From IMG/VR virus record IMGVR_UViG_3300025326_000022: a stretch of 64,000 bases of DNA; one strand, 5' to 3'. Origin of the DNA: an uncultured virus (IMG/VR IMGVR_UViG_3300025326_000022). Lineage: Duplodnaviria; Heunggongvirae; Uroviricota; Caudoviricetes. Positions 27,922 through 37,880 of the stretch are shown here, piece after piece (the stretch's first letter is position 1; each line of letters begins with the position of its first letter). Under the pieces are notes generated by a model, which did not search any database, was not told the origin of the DNA, and saw only the letters and a list, made by a program, of their open reading frames with translations. Made by a program: the position numbers and the translations under genes.

Positions 27922-29043
27922 CTACGATAGTTTGGTGTCACGAGCCAACGCCTGGGCCAGGGAAGTCTTGAACGTCTCGATCGACCCCTTGGTAGTCGTG
28001 ACCGCAGGGGCAATCTGCTGGAACCCAGGTTGTAGGGCTGCCAAAGGACCTTGCGCCGCAACAGCCAAGGCGGCCCCCGTGGCCGCCAGGCTGTCCATCA
28101 AGACGGACATACCCGTGAGGAACGCCTCCAACTGGGTCTTGAGGGTCGTGCCCAAGACCGCTGGTTCCGTGGCATTTGCCAATTCTACGCCTGAGTCTCC
28201 ATTTAGTTTCGCCTTCCCGGTAGCCGACATGTTGAATTCACCCTCGACCGTCATGTCGAAATCATCAGTGAATTCGAGCGTCGTGCTCGCGGCCGTGACC
28301 TTGAGGTTACCGGCCCGGTCGACAGTGCAGCGAAACACTTCTTCGCCATCCTTTTGCACAGCCCTGTGGTCCACGGGACGGTCTGGCATGTCGGTCACGT
28401 CGGTCACGTTCCCTTGCTTCAACACCAAGACCACCTCACCCTTGCTGAATTCCTTGACCTCGTAGACCAGCTCCACCGGGGTCCCGTCGATCCCCTTCTC
28501 ATCCCGACGGTTCTTCCAACGGAACTCGCCCCCGGCGGTCTCGAGGGTATAGTTTTCACAGATGTCCTTGATCTGGTGGAGCAGGGGGATGAAGATCCGG
28601 CGGGTCACGGGGTCGGCCGCGATGTCGACGATTCCACCGGCATGCACGTGGACGTAGTTCCCTGATTCCGACGACATCATGGTGTCACCCGGCCGCATGG
28701 CCTTGCGGCGACCCCGGGCGTAGCCCCTCTGGGCCACCACCGGGAGGAACATCAGGATCACGGGGCTCCGGACGTCCGACAGGTGGGCCACGATGCACTT
28801 GTCCCCCACCTGGGGCATGTACCCCATCATGGTGCCGTTGCGACTGACCCCCAGGCCCCCGATCTCAATGTTCGACGGTCTACGGCCCGAGAACTTGCAT
28901 TCCAGATCACACGTCCACAGATCTGGATCCACCCGCACGACTTCCGCCGTTTCAATCAGGACAGGCCGATCCGGCGGTACCCACCCGCCCCCAGGGTCTG
29001 GTAACTTCAGGCTCGTGAGCTGATCATCGCGGTTCAGCACCAT
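27922..29043 (-). CDS. putative baseplate spike (gp5/gpV-like)
   Basis: OB-fold-like N-terminus (YMPQVGDKCIV), beta-repeat middle, AVLG.TL C-terminus; TAATG coupling to RNAP stop. Confidence 0.65.
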   Translation of the reverse strand: MVLNRDDQLTSLKLPDPGGGWVPPDRPVLIETAEVVRVDPDLWTCDLECKFSGRRPSNIEIGGLGVSRNGTMMGYMPQVGDKCIVAHLSDVRSPVILMFLPVVAQRGYARGRRKAMRPGDTMMSSESGNYVHVHAGGIVDIAADPVTRRIFIPLLHQIKDICENYTLETAGGEFRWKNRRDEKGIDGTPVELVYEVKEFSKGEVVLVLKQGNVTDVTDMPDRPVDHRAVQKDGEEVFRCTVDRAGNLKVTAASTTLEFTDDFDMTVEGEFNMSATGKAKLNGDSGVELANATEPAVLGTTLKTQLEAFLTGMSVLMDSLAATGAALAVAAQGPLAALQPGFQQIAPAVTTTKGSIETFKTSLAQALARDTKLS

Positions 29044-32000
29044 TACCCTGCTGTTTTGGGATCTTGAATCTTGCCGAACCCGATGGACGGCAGGGGCCAC
29101 CGACCCGCTATGTCGGCCTTCGCGGCCGTCAGGACCCCGGTCTCCATGGTGCCGCGGAGTCGCTCGAACGACATCTTGGCTGCCCAATCATCCGTCCGGA
29201 TCAAGGGCATGGTGTTGACCCCCCGGATCATTGGGTTGGCCTTGACAGCCCCGCCATCTTCAATCTTGACCCTATTGATATTGTGATCCTTGAGGTCCTT
29301 GGCCACCAGGTCCGTCACCTCGGTGCCACGGCCATACTTGAGGTACTTCTCCGCCAGTTTTTTTCCAATGGCCCAGTCGGGCGCCATGTAGCGGCGGTTG
29401 AACGCCTCGATCTTGGCCATCGAGACGACATCACCACGCCCGAACCCCGAGGCACCGTCGGCCTGATCCACCACCCCGAGGTCAGTCATGTGGCGCACCA
29501 CCGTTTCGATGTGGCGCTTGTCAACCCCAAGGGGTCCGTAGAGTTCGTGGAGAGACCCTACCATGTGGTTCTGCGCGGCCCCAATGCCCGCGAGGCTGGC
29601 GAGCTGGTGGACATTCACCTGACCAGACGAAATCTTGTCCCCTTGTTGAACCTTGGTCCCAACCTTAACCTCCAGGGTCCTGGACGCCGGGACAAATTGT
29701 TCCTTGGTCCCAACGAAGACCTTCCATCCGGTCGCGGTCTTGTTGATCGATGTCACGGTACCGGTCACCTGGCTCAGGACGGCCTCGTCCTTAAGACGAA
29801 GCGGCGCTTTCAGCAGGGTCTCGGCCACGGCGAACTGATCCACGAGTTTCGAAGCCTTGGATGCCACGCCGCCTTCATGAAACAGCTTCATGGACAACTG
29901 GGTCGTGGGTTCCCCAAGGGACTGGCCACTGATCACCCCGATGTTGGTACCGACGGACGGATCGTTACCGTCGTGCCACCGGCCAAAACACTTGGCACAG
30001 ATGCCATCATGAGCTTCACATTTCAACGGAGTCCTGACCAACAGTTTCGATACCCCTGCGTTGCGGGCCGACATCACGACCGTGCCATCCACAAGAGTGT
30101 CCTTAGCTACTGACTTGTTCCCGATCTTCTGGGCCTTGGCCAGGTAACGCCCGATGATGTCACGACTCTTCACATCCTCGTATATCCCCTGGCTCGTCTG
30201 GCAATCTTCCGTGGTAACCCGGGCATCTGCCACCGTGCTGATGATCTGGCGGGACAGGTACCCCGGGAGCGCGGTCCCGCGGGACTTCGAGATCATGCCA
30301 AGCCGAGCCCCGTGGAGTGTGGTCCAGTAGTCCCCGAGTTTCAAGCCTTCGGCATACGACCGGTTGATCGGCTTGGGGGCCACGCGGCCCGCCTCCGTTG
30401 AAATCATGCCAGGCGATAAGACAATCTGCTTCAACTGGTCGAATGTCCCCCGGGCACCCGAGACAACGGTCTTGTACAACCCGTTGTCCTGGGCCGAGAG
30501 CCGGCGCTTGGCCTCGTGCTCGACCTTATCACGGGCCGTGCTGTACTGTTCGATCCGGCGGACCGAGTCCGTGGCGTTGGGAAGATGCTTGGCCAAATCT
30601 TTCATCGGCTTGAGATCCGCCATGCTGACCGACGCCCCGAGGGTAAAGGCAGCCTTGTCCCCCAGTTGCCGCATGGTCGTGAGGAACTGGGGGAAATCGG
30701 CCGGCTGGGTCTTGCCCACCTGGACCATCAGGCTGTTGACCTGATGTTTGTCCAGACGGAATTTTCGGTCGTACGCGATCTTCTGGTACCAGTCGTCATG
30801 TAGACGACCCATGGGGATCGCGTTGGCCACCAGGAGGCGTCCTAAGGTCGTCTTGCGCCCCCCAAAGGTCACGACGTCCTGGAGGCGAACCTGTCGACGG
30901 CCATACGCTTCCATCAATTTGTCGAAACTTTGGAACACCTGGTTTGTGTTCCTCCCCTCCTCGGTCAACAGGTAAAGCCCCAACTGCTGCTCATGCTGGG
31001 GCTTGTGCATCAGGGATCCGGACTTCACGCCGAAGAGGTTCCGGCTCGGGACGAGACCCTTGGCCTCTTCCTTCGCCGCCTCGGTGGCCGGGACGTAGAC
31101 CGATACGGTGTTGGACAGCACGACACCCTCGACGTTCATAAAGGTCTCGTGCCCCGGGACCGTGAGGTCGTAACCCGTCTCCCGAATACCCGTGACCTCC
31201 ACGGATTCCACCATGTCCCACGTAACATCCGTCTGCTGGACGATGTTCCACCACAGAGCGCCATCGGGGTGGGCCACAATCTGATTTATTGACACGTAAG
31301 ATGTGACTCGTTCAGCAGCATCTCGTGTTACATAGCCTTCTTTCGCTGCCTTGTTAAAGTTGAAATACGCATTCTTGCGAGCCTGCGGGGCGCTGCGTTC
31401 CATAGGAATACTTTTGTAGATGTGCTGGGCCAAGGAAACAGAGATAGGAACAAGATCGTGGCGCACGAGAGATGGGGTAATCCCTATCTCGATTGAACGT
31501 AATAGCTCCAGTTTATGTGAGCACGCCATACCTGCGCCGCCCCACCTCTTGACATCGTAGTTTGAGAAGCTAACTATCCATGAGGGCTTACCTGTAGAGG
31601 ACGACTTAAAAGCCGTGATACGTCCACGTACTCCTAGTGACGCCGCTAATAACAGTACCTCACGAACCAGGCGCAAACTGATGCTCGTAAAATTGGACAT
31701 CAACTGAGGCTTGCTTTTAGCTGTAGAAACCGAAATCGATCCGTCGGTATCCATCAACCCCGCGAACAAGCCCCTTCTAAATTCCAATGGAGATGTCAAA
31801 AAGAACGGAGGCAAGTGTTTGTTCTCCGCACCTTTTCCAATCCATCCCGCGAGAACTTTGCCAGCACTACTCGCAGAAAACGAGGCTCTTCGGCTTTCAC
31901 CGTAGGATGTGGTGACGTGCGCGAGACTAAAAGGCACAAGCCCTGTCTGCATCATCTCCGCGAGGCCTTCGGCAAACCGGAGTACCACATCATCATCTAT

Positions 32001-35000
32001 CGATGCTAGGCAGATCTGATCTATAGAAGAAACCCATCCATCGCCAGCGGCAGCCCCAAGGAAATAACCGAGTTTCTCTGTCAGTACAACTTCCGGAAAT
32101 ACTTGGTGTGATCGAGGCCTATTAGAGTTCTCCGCCCCTGTGAATGCATTGTGTAGTATTTCAGGGATGCTTAAGCGCTGGCCTCGAGGAACCAGCACCC
32201 GAGACTCGACTGCGGTAGCAGGTTGAAAGCGTCCGTAAAGTAACGTACCAGCGGCCATTCCGTAGACCGCACGGGGATCGTCGTCCGATACGATCTGTCG
32301 TCCAGATGCCAGTGTGATGATCTCTATTTCACGATCCAGATGCTTCGACCATACGGTCACGGGTGACCACACCAGTGCGCCGACAGTCTCATCTAAGGCT
32401 AGAACGTAAACTCCATTGGGCACCGCGTAGAACTCGATGGGACCCTTTTCTCCTTGCTTAGCTCCAATCAATTCACCGTGAGGAAAATCCTGCAAGTCTA
32501 ACAGGAACACCATCCCGTGGATGTCCATCGTCGGTAACACAGTTTTCAAACGTGCAGTCATGTCTTCGGCTCCTTGTTCCAGTATATGCTGGCACAAAAC
32601 CGAATCCGTTGCAAATACAACAACAGTGTCCAAAATTTGGTCCCCATCGAAATCTGCCCCATATCCCGTCGTCACGCTCGGGGGAATCCGAATCGTGTTG
32701 CCGGACGAAGATTTCGCATGGAACGCCTGGATACCAAACTTGTGGAGCACAGGATCTCGTTTCATCAGGACGGGACGATCCTTTAGCTCGTTGAGCAGCG
32801 CGGTCTTGGCTACCTCGGTCTTGTCCTTCACATGCTCCGCCGCCTTGGCGACCGGATATCCCGACTGCACGAGCGACCGGGTGACGAACGGGCCGAACAG
32901 TTCCCATAGGGCCTTGTCCGGCACCTCGATGGTGTCGACGTCGAGCTCGGGGTTCGGCACGATGGTGCTGCGGGCGCTGAGGTCTTGCCGACGCTTCAAT
33001 ACCTTCTTCTGGTAGAATCCGTACTTCGGGCTCGTGCCCGAGATCAACTGCATCACCCCCTTCATCGTTCGGTTGTGGGCGCTGTACCCCGAGATCGCGA
33101 CAGCGTCGACCATGTCCTGGATCGCGGCAGACCGCTGGGCCATCATTTCGGGAGGTAACTTCTTATCCCCTTGGTTCACCGCCTCGATCGTCTCCCCGAG
33201 CTTACGATACAGTTCATTGATATCCTCGTTGCTGATGGTCCCGTTCTTATTCACCACGATGGGGCGGAACAACGGTGGCAGCACGGGAAATTTGGTAAGG
33301 CAGTAGGCCTGGTCGGCCGTGTAGCCCAACTCCTTCAAGGCCTTGAGGTACTTGCGGGTCTTGTTGATCGTGTTGACATTCGACGGTGCCGCGGTCTCGA
33401 GATCCTGTTCCACGGTCTTGAGGCTCTTGTCCACGTCGATCCGGGCCAACAGGTTCTGCACCGCCGCACCCCCCACGACCGTGGCTTCAACGACCGGGAC
33501 GATATCGCCTTTCTTATTCAACCCCAGGTGCCCCTCGAGAATCTTGTCCACAAGGGTTCCGCCGTGATCGGGATGGTGGTAGGCCAACAGCCTGACGGCA
33601 CCGTCCCGCGTCACCGGGTTGACCACGGGGAACGGGAGGTTCATGTGGGTGTACTTCTTGCCATGGAGCCCACCGGTCCGTTGGGAATCGAAGATACCCC
33701 CTTGGTACGGCCGGAGCTTCGCGTCGAGCGCCTGGCCGGGGTTCTTCAATTCGCCGGCCGACATGGTCTCGATGTCTCGATCCGTCATGGGGAGCAGTTG
33801 GAGCGAATTGCCATCCTTCTTGACATGTACCCCCATGGCTTCCAGGAGCGCGAGAAACTTGGTTGCGGTGAACGGCACCTCGGCGGCCGGCAAGACACCT
33901 CCGTTCTTCAATGTTGACCAAAACAAAGCATTCTGAGCGTCCCCCTTGTACGAGAACATCTCCTTGAGGTTCGCCGTTGCCCCGTTGGCCAACAGGGCGT
34001 AGGTGTCGAGGATACCGATCGATTGGCCACCTTCGGAACCGCCCTTCGATGGAATCTTGTCACCCGTGTACTGGAGCCTTTCCCCCGTGGTCTTGGACAC
34101 TGCCCCTCGAGCCGATAGCTTCTTATCAACCTGATGGGTCAACTTAAAGATGTATTGGTTGCCCGTGAGCACCGGGTTTTCCGTGGGTCCGTCGACCGGA
34201 TCCACCACGATTTCGCGATCTTGAAGCCCATGCTTCTTCAACATGTCGGCCACGTACTTATGGTTGTCTTGCTCGGAGGCGAAGTTGTCCACCACCACGG
34301 GGTTCCCCGTCTTGGCCGCCACCTTGCCCACGAGGGTCTCGTACACTTGCCCCAGGTTCACACGCCCGACGACAGAATTACCAGACCATACTGGCACACC
34401 ATTCCTACGAACATACAGTAGCCCGCTGGGAACAGTCAAGCAGAATACATCGCCTTCGTAATGTACCCACTTTTCCACTTGTGCATGTTTTTTCCCTGGC
34501 CAATTAACAGAAGGTGTTGACCGTTTCAAAAAACTGACCACAAAGATATCCGTAACGGTTTCTCTGAAACAACTAATTTGTGTCGTTATCTGTGCAGAAA
34601 CACCAAGCTTAAGCGCAAGTTCCTGCACGTCGTCCGCCAGACCTTTCGAGGCCGTAAAATACCTCCGGTTGTCGTAGTGGGACGTTTGAGGTGAATTTCG
34701 TGTCGATCCATCGCCCAGCATGAGCCCGTTAAGCAGTAATTCTAAGGTAGCGCTCGGCCACGCCAGTGCCTGGCGTGGTATACGTTTGTTCTTGGCCCCT
34801 GTGCCCACATGTTCCATGAGCCAAAGGCATAATTCCCTATTTCGTGCAGTCCACTCAACTTGACCGTTGTCTCTTTCACGCCTGGAAAACGACCACGGTA
34901 ATAGAGCCAAAAAGCGTTCGATCTCCACGCATTTATCTGGATTCAATCTCTGTGACTGACTTAAACCCACATCATAGATGCCACCCTCTCGCCTACACGC

Positions 35001-37877
35001 CCAGCCTTCGGCGATGAACACTCCTAGGAACTCGGCAAATTCACTGGGGGCTATTTCCAGTTTTCTTGGGTCGGCTTTTGGCCCAGTACCATCACGATCT
35101 TCAGGTTCTCCGAAGCGCACAACCTCTGCAGAACTACCCACCCATTTTTCAGAATTCTTTAAGTAGTAGCGCCGCTGGCCAAAAATTTTCTTCGCTTCAT
35201 TGATTTCATACGGCGATTTCTCATTGCTGTCTCCTTTTCGCGTGTACATCCTATGGTTTGGCGTTACCATAAGGTCAAGTTTTTTATTCTTGATCCTGTA
35301 CATTGGCCCAACATAAAAACTTCGATGAACTGCCAGCACACTTTCATATACTAACTCTCCGTTTGGATGCATAGACGCTACGACGTCGCCTTGACTAACC
35401 TGTGAGAAAGGCAACCACCCATTTTCTGTCAAAACTTCTGTCTTGTCGTCGTAACACGCGGGGTTCATCAGGATTTCGAATGGCTTGCCCTCGAGGTCAT
35501 GGGGCATCTCGGCATCCGGGACAATCTTGCTGATGATCCCTTTGTTCCCGTGGCGCCCAACCAGCTTGTCTCCTTCGACGGCCGGTTCCTTGGTCTTCAC
35601 GTGGACGATGTACTTTTTGGCGAACTTCTCCACCGCGGTCACGACCCCGGGGTAATCTTTCTCCCACTGGATCGAGGAGTCACCGAACGATTGGAACGCC
35701 CGGGTCCCGACCCGAAGGATCGCTTCGCTGTCCGGATCAACTTCTTTCTCAAACATTCCCGCGTAGAGGTAATCCCCTCGGCTGACTTCCTGCCCCACCG
35801 TGATGACGCCGTCGGAGTCTAATTTCTGGGACTGGGCATGGGAGATGTTGTTGGGAAAATAGTTACGGAATTTGTCTCGACCCGAGATCGACTTCTCCCC
35901 CAACTCCACGACGAACTGGTGGAGATGATCGCTAGTCAGCTTGGTGGCTGCGGACTCGCTGATGGCCAAGGCATCCTCAAACAACAGGCCCTTCCACGGG
36001 ACGTACGCGACCCGAAGGTTCGTCCCAAGGGCAAGGGTCCCGTTCTTCGTGTAATTGGTATCGGCCAACACCTGACCCTTCTTCACCTTATCCCCCACGG
36101 ATACCAAGGCCTCGGAGTTGATGTACCCCTTGGAGTTGTTGAGTGGAAAATCTCGATACGTGTTGACTACCGAGGAAGCCCCGGCCTTGTCCTTCACGAT
36201 GATTTTGCCTTGCCGGACAGACGAAACTTCACCATCCACTAGACTGAGGCTGGCCCCAAGGTAGCGACCGAACCCCTGCTCAGCGGTCGAATCGGAGCGA
36301 CCGTACTTCAGTTGTACCAGGGGGGCTTCCCGATGGGTCAAGGAGATGGCCTGCTCGATCTGACGAGACGCCGTCATGGCCCTGACGCCGTTGTTCGATC
36401 GAAGAAAAGGGATCAGGTTGGTCGTGTGGTGGAACAGTCCCGCCTGGGAAGCTGGGACGTATTGAACCTCGGATGGCGGGTAGTCTCGCACGTCACCCCG
36501 GTGGGAAGCCATCACCTTGCTGGATTTTGCCTTCGGTGGCTTGACCTCAAAGTCATACTCGTCAGGGAACGCCACCACGGTGTCGAACACTTGTTTGGGC
36601 GTGAGGTCCACCTCCTTGCCAGTCTTCACGTCCATGAAGGTCGCGACCAGTTCGTTGCCCCGCTTCCTGGCCAACGAAGACAAGAACAAGGTTGTCCCGA
36701 TGGTCGAACCTTCCGGTGTCTTGATCGGGTCCAAGAACCCCATGTGGGACGAATGGATCGTCCTCATGTCGTCCCGAATCATGTTGGGGTCTGATATCCC
36801 CCCGGGACCCCGGAGCGTTGTCTTGCCGGTACCCGACAGAATGTCTACGACATTGTGCTGTTCGCGCCGTTGAGCCAACGGGGTCGCGGTAAAGAGCTTC
36901 CCGATCGCCGGCATCAGGATGGAGGTCGAGATCGTATCCTCCACCTTATTGGCGTGAGGCAATTTGTTGGAAATCTTTCGCCGTACTTCGCTTCCATGTT
37001 TCAGGATCCACTCACGAAGATAGTCCTCGTAGTAATGGACCGACTTGGTCACCAGGCTGTTGGGGTCATCCTCCTCTGTCTCCCCTCTGACCAGCTTGAA
37101 CAGTTTCTTCATGGTCGTGAGGATCGCGGTCTTGTCGACCGAAGATAACCTCATGCCCGTGGTGTACTCGGTGGCATCAGGATCAAGCTTGCTGTCATGG
37201 AGCGCCTGGACGATCACCTGGTAATCCGGTTTAGGTCCAGGGTCCAGGTCGAACAACGCCTTGTAGAGCTTGCTGTAGTCCCCGGGCTTCGCCTTCCCCA
37301 GGTTCGCGGTTGCGACCTCCTTGCCGACCGCAAGTTCAAGCTCTTGGACCGACACCCCCATGAGATCCAACAGGGTCGCGAGGGGTACGTGGGAAGTCCC
37401 TACCCCAAGGGTGTAGACCTTGGTCTGGGGATCAAAGAATATTTCGGTATTGCGGTAATATTTCCCCTCGGCCGAAATCCTGGAGGCAAACTCTCCCGCG
37501 TCCGTCACCCGGGTGTATATCCCTGGCTTGAGTCGAAACTGAGTATCGAATTGATACTCCTGGCCTCCAAAGATGAAGGTATGGCGAGCAGTCTTCTGCG
37601 GCAAGGTCATGAGCTTGACCCGACCCGTGTCCTTGACCTTTCCATTTTGATCCAACAGCGAGAACAGCCCCGAGACCGACATCCCCCAGACCCCTGATTT
37701 CAACTTGGTTTGGCGCTGAGATTCGTAATCCTGGGGGTCAAGCCGCTGGTCTACCTGCACACCGTCAAGCCGCAAGGTCTTGTCCCCCACGGTTATGTCG
37801 GTGAAGACTTCTTTGATCGCCCGTTCTACCGCGTCTTTAGCGTGACCGTCGGATTCCTCAGTTGTAAAGTATGCCAC
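29043..37877 (-). CDS. rpoBC: single-chain DNA-directed RNA polymerase, beta-beta' fusion, two inteins
   Basis: Beta motifs (TPEG..IG, GDKLVGRHGNKG, KLTHQVDKKLSAR) run in-frame into beta' motifs (RRQDLSARSTI, RDPVLH, GADFDGD, GYLSRQ, GEPTTQLSMKLFHEGG). Confidence 0.95.
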   Translation of the reverse strand: MAYFTTEESDGHAKDAVERAIKEVFTDITVGDKTLRLDGVQVDQRLDPQDYESQRQTKLKSGVWGMSVSGLFSLLDQNGKVKDTGRVKLMTLPQKTARHTFIFGGQEYQFDTQFRLKPGIYTRVTDAGEFASRISAEGKYYRNTEIFFDPQTKVYTLGVGTSHVPLATLLDLMGVSVQELELAVGKEVATANLGKAKPGDYSKLYKALFDLDPGPKPDYQVIVQALHDSKLDPDATEYTTGMRLSSVDKTAILTTMKKLFKLVRGETEEDDPNSLVTKSVHYYEDYLREWILKHGSEVRRKISNKLPHANKVEDTISTSILMPAIGKLFTATPLAQRREQHNVVDILSGTGKTTLRGPGGISDPNMIRDDMRTIHSSHMGFLDPIKTPEGSTIGTTLFLSSLARKRGNELVATFMDVKTGKEVDLTPKQVFDTVVAFPDEYDFEVKPPKAKSSKVMASHRGDVRDYPPSEVQYVPASQAGLFHHTTNLIPFLRSNNGVRAMTASRQIEQAISLTHREAPLVQLKYGRSDSTAEQGFGRYLGASLSLVDGEVSSVRQGKIIVKDKAGASSVVNTYRDFPLNNSKGYINSEALVSVGDKVKKGQVLADTNYTKNGTLALGTNLRVAYVPWKGLLFEDALAISESAATKLTSDHLHQFVVELGEKSISGRDKFRNYFPNNISHAQSQKLDSDGVITVGQEVSRGDYLYAGMFEKEVDPDSEAILRVGTRAFQSFGDSSIQWEKDYPGVVTAVEKFAKKYIVHVKTKEPAVEGDKLVGRHGNKGIISKIVPDAEMPHDLEGKPFEILMNPACYDDKTEVLTENGWLPFSQVSQGDVVASMHPNGELVYESVLAVHRSFYVGPMYRIKNKKLDLMVTPNHRMYTRKGDSNEKSPYEINEAKKIFGQRRYYLKNSEKWVGSSAEVVRFGEPEDRDGTGPKADPRKLEIAPSEFAEFLGVFIAEGWACRREGGIYDVGLSQSQRLNPDKCVEIERFLALLPWSFSRRERDNGQVEWTARNRELCLWLMEHVGTGAKNKRIPRQALAWPSATLELLLNGLMLGDGSTRNSPQTSHYDNRRYFTASKGLADDVQELALKLGVSAQITTQISCFRETVTDIFVVSFLKRSTPSVNWPGKKHAQVEKWVHYEGDVFCLTVPSGLLYVRRNGVPVWSGNSVVGRVNLGQVYETLVGKVAAKTGNPVVVDNFASEQDNHKYVADMLKKHGLQDREIVVDPVDGPTENPVLTGNQYIFKLTHQVDKKLSARGAVSKTTGERLQYTGDKIPSKGGSEGGQSIGILDTYALLANGATANLKEMFSYKGDAQNALFWSTLKNGGVLPAAEVPFTATKFLALLEAMGVHVKKDGNSLQLLPMTDRDIETMSAGELKNPGQALDAKLRPYQGGIFDSQRTGGLHGKKYTHMNLPFPVVNPVTRDGAVRLLAYHHPDHGGTLVDKILEGHLGLNKKGDIVPVVEATVVGGAAVQNLLARIDVDKSLKTVEQDLETAAPSNVNTINKTRKYLKALKELGYTADQAYCLTKFPVLPPLFRPIVVNKNGTISNEDINELYRKLGETIEAVNQGDKKLPPEMMAQRSAAIQDMVDAVAISGYSAHNRTMKGVMQLISGTSPKYGFYQKKVLKRRQDLSARSTIVPNPELDVDTIEVPDKALWELFGPFVTRSLVQSGYPVAKAAEHVKDKTEVAKTALLNELKDRPVLMKRDPVLHKFGIQAFHAKSSSGNTIRIPPSVTTGYGADFDGDQILDTVVVFATDSVLCQHILEQGAEDMTARLKTVLPTMDIHGMVFLLDLQDFPHGELIGAKQGEKGPIEFYAVPNGVYVLALDETVGALVWSPVTVWSKHLDREIEIITLASGRQIVSDDDPRAVYGMAAGTLLYGRFQPATAVESRVLVPRGQRLSIPEILHNAFTGAENSNRPRSHQVFPEVVLTEKLGYFLGAAAGDGWVSSIDQICLASIDDDVVLRFAEGLAEMMQTGLVPFSLAHVTTSYGESRRASFSASSAGKVLAGWIGKGAENKHLPPFFLTSPLEFRRGLFAGLMDTDGSISVSTAKSKPQLMSNFTSISLRLVREVLLLAASLGVRGRITAFKSSSTGKPSWIVSFSNYDVKRWGGAGMACSHKLELLRSIEIGITPSLVRHDLVPISVSLAQHIYKSIPMERSAPQARKNAYFNFNKAAKEGYVTRDAAERVTSYVSINQIVAHPDGALWWNIVQQTDVTWDMVESVEVTGIRETGYDLTVPGHETFMNVEGVVLSNTVSVYVPATEAAKEEAKGLVPSRNLFGVKSGSLMHKPQHEQQLGLYLLTEEGRNTNQVFQSFDKLMEAYGRRQVRLQDVVTFGGRKTTLGRLLVANAIPMGRLHDDWYQKIAYDRKFRLDKHQVNSLMVQVGKTQPADFPQFLTTMRQLGDKAAFTLGASVSMADLKPMKDLAKHLPNATDSVRRIEQYSTARDKVEHEAKRRLSAQDNGLYKTVVSGARGTFDQLKQIVLSPGMISTEAGRVAPKPINRSYAEGLKLGDYWTTLHGARLGMISKSRGTALPGYLSRQIISTVADARVTTEDCQTSQGIYEDVKSRDIIGRYLAKAQKIGNKSVAKDTLVDGTVVMSARNAGVSKLLVRTPLKCEAHDGICAKCFGRWHDGNDPSVGTNIGVISGQSLGEPTTQLSMKLFHEGGVASKASKLVDQFAVAETLLKAPLRLKDEAVLSQVTGTVTSINKTATGWKVFVGTKEQFVPASRTLEVKVGTKVQQGDKISSGQVNVHQLASLAGIGAAQNHMVGSLHELYGPLGVDKRHIETVVRHMTDLGVVDQADGASGFGRGDVVSMAKIEAFNRRYMAPDWAIGKKLAEKYLKYGRGTEVTDLVAKDLKDHNINRVKIEDGGAVKANPMIRGVNTMPLIRTDDWAAKMSFERLRGTMETGVLTAAKADIAGRWPLPSIGFGKIQDPKTAG
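31110..32639 (-). mobile_element. atypical intein (510 aa) with LAGLIDADG endonuclease, directly after DFDGD
   Basis: DFDGD|QILD...LGAAAGDG...AGLMDTDG...YDLTV...VVLSN|TVSVY. Confidence 0.8.
34377..35456 (-). mobile_element. intein (360 aa) with LAGLIDADG endonuclease in beta region
   Basis: MNPA|CYD...VTPNH...GVFIAEG...GLMLGDG...VWSGN|SVVGR. Confidence 0.9.
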
Positions 37878-37880
37878 CGG

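Noticed and set aside
31110..32639. Insert as a group I intron
   Set aside because: Fully in-frame with intein-type C-terminal blocks ending Asn|Thr; no intron core recognised, though not formally excluded.
29043..37877. Cellular rpoBC locus or host contamination
   Set aside because: Flanked by portal and spike genes, highly reduced and divergent, no ribosomal protein genes nearby.
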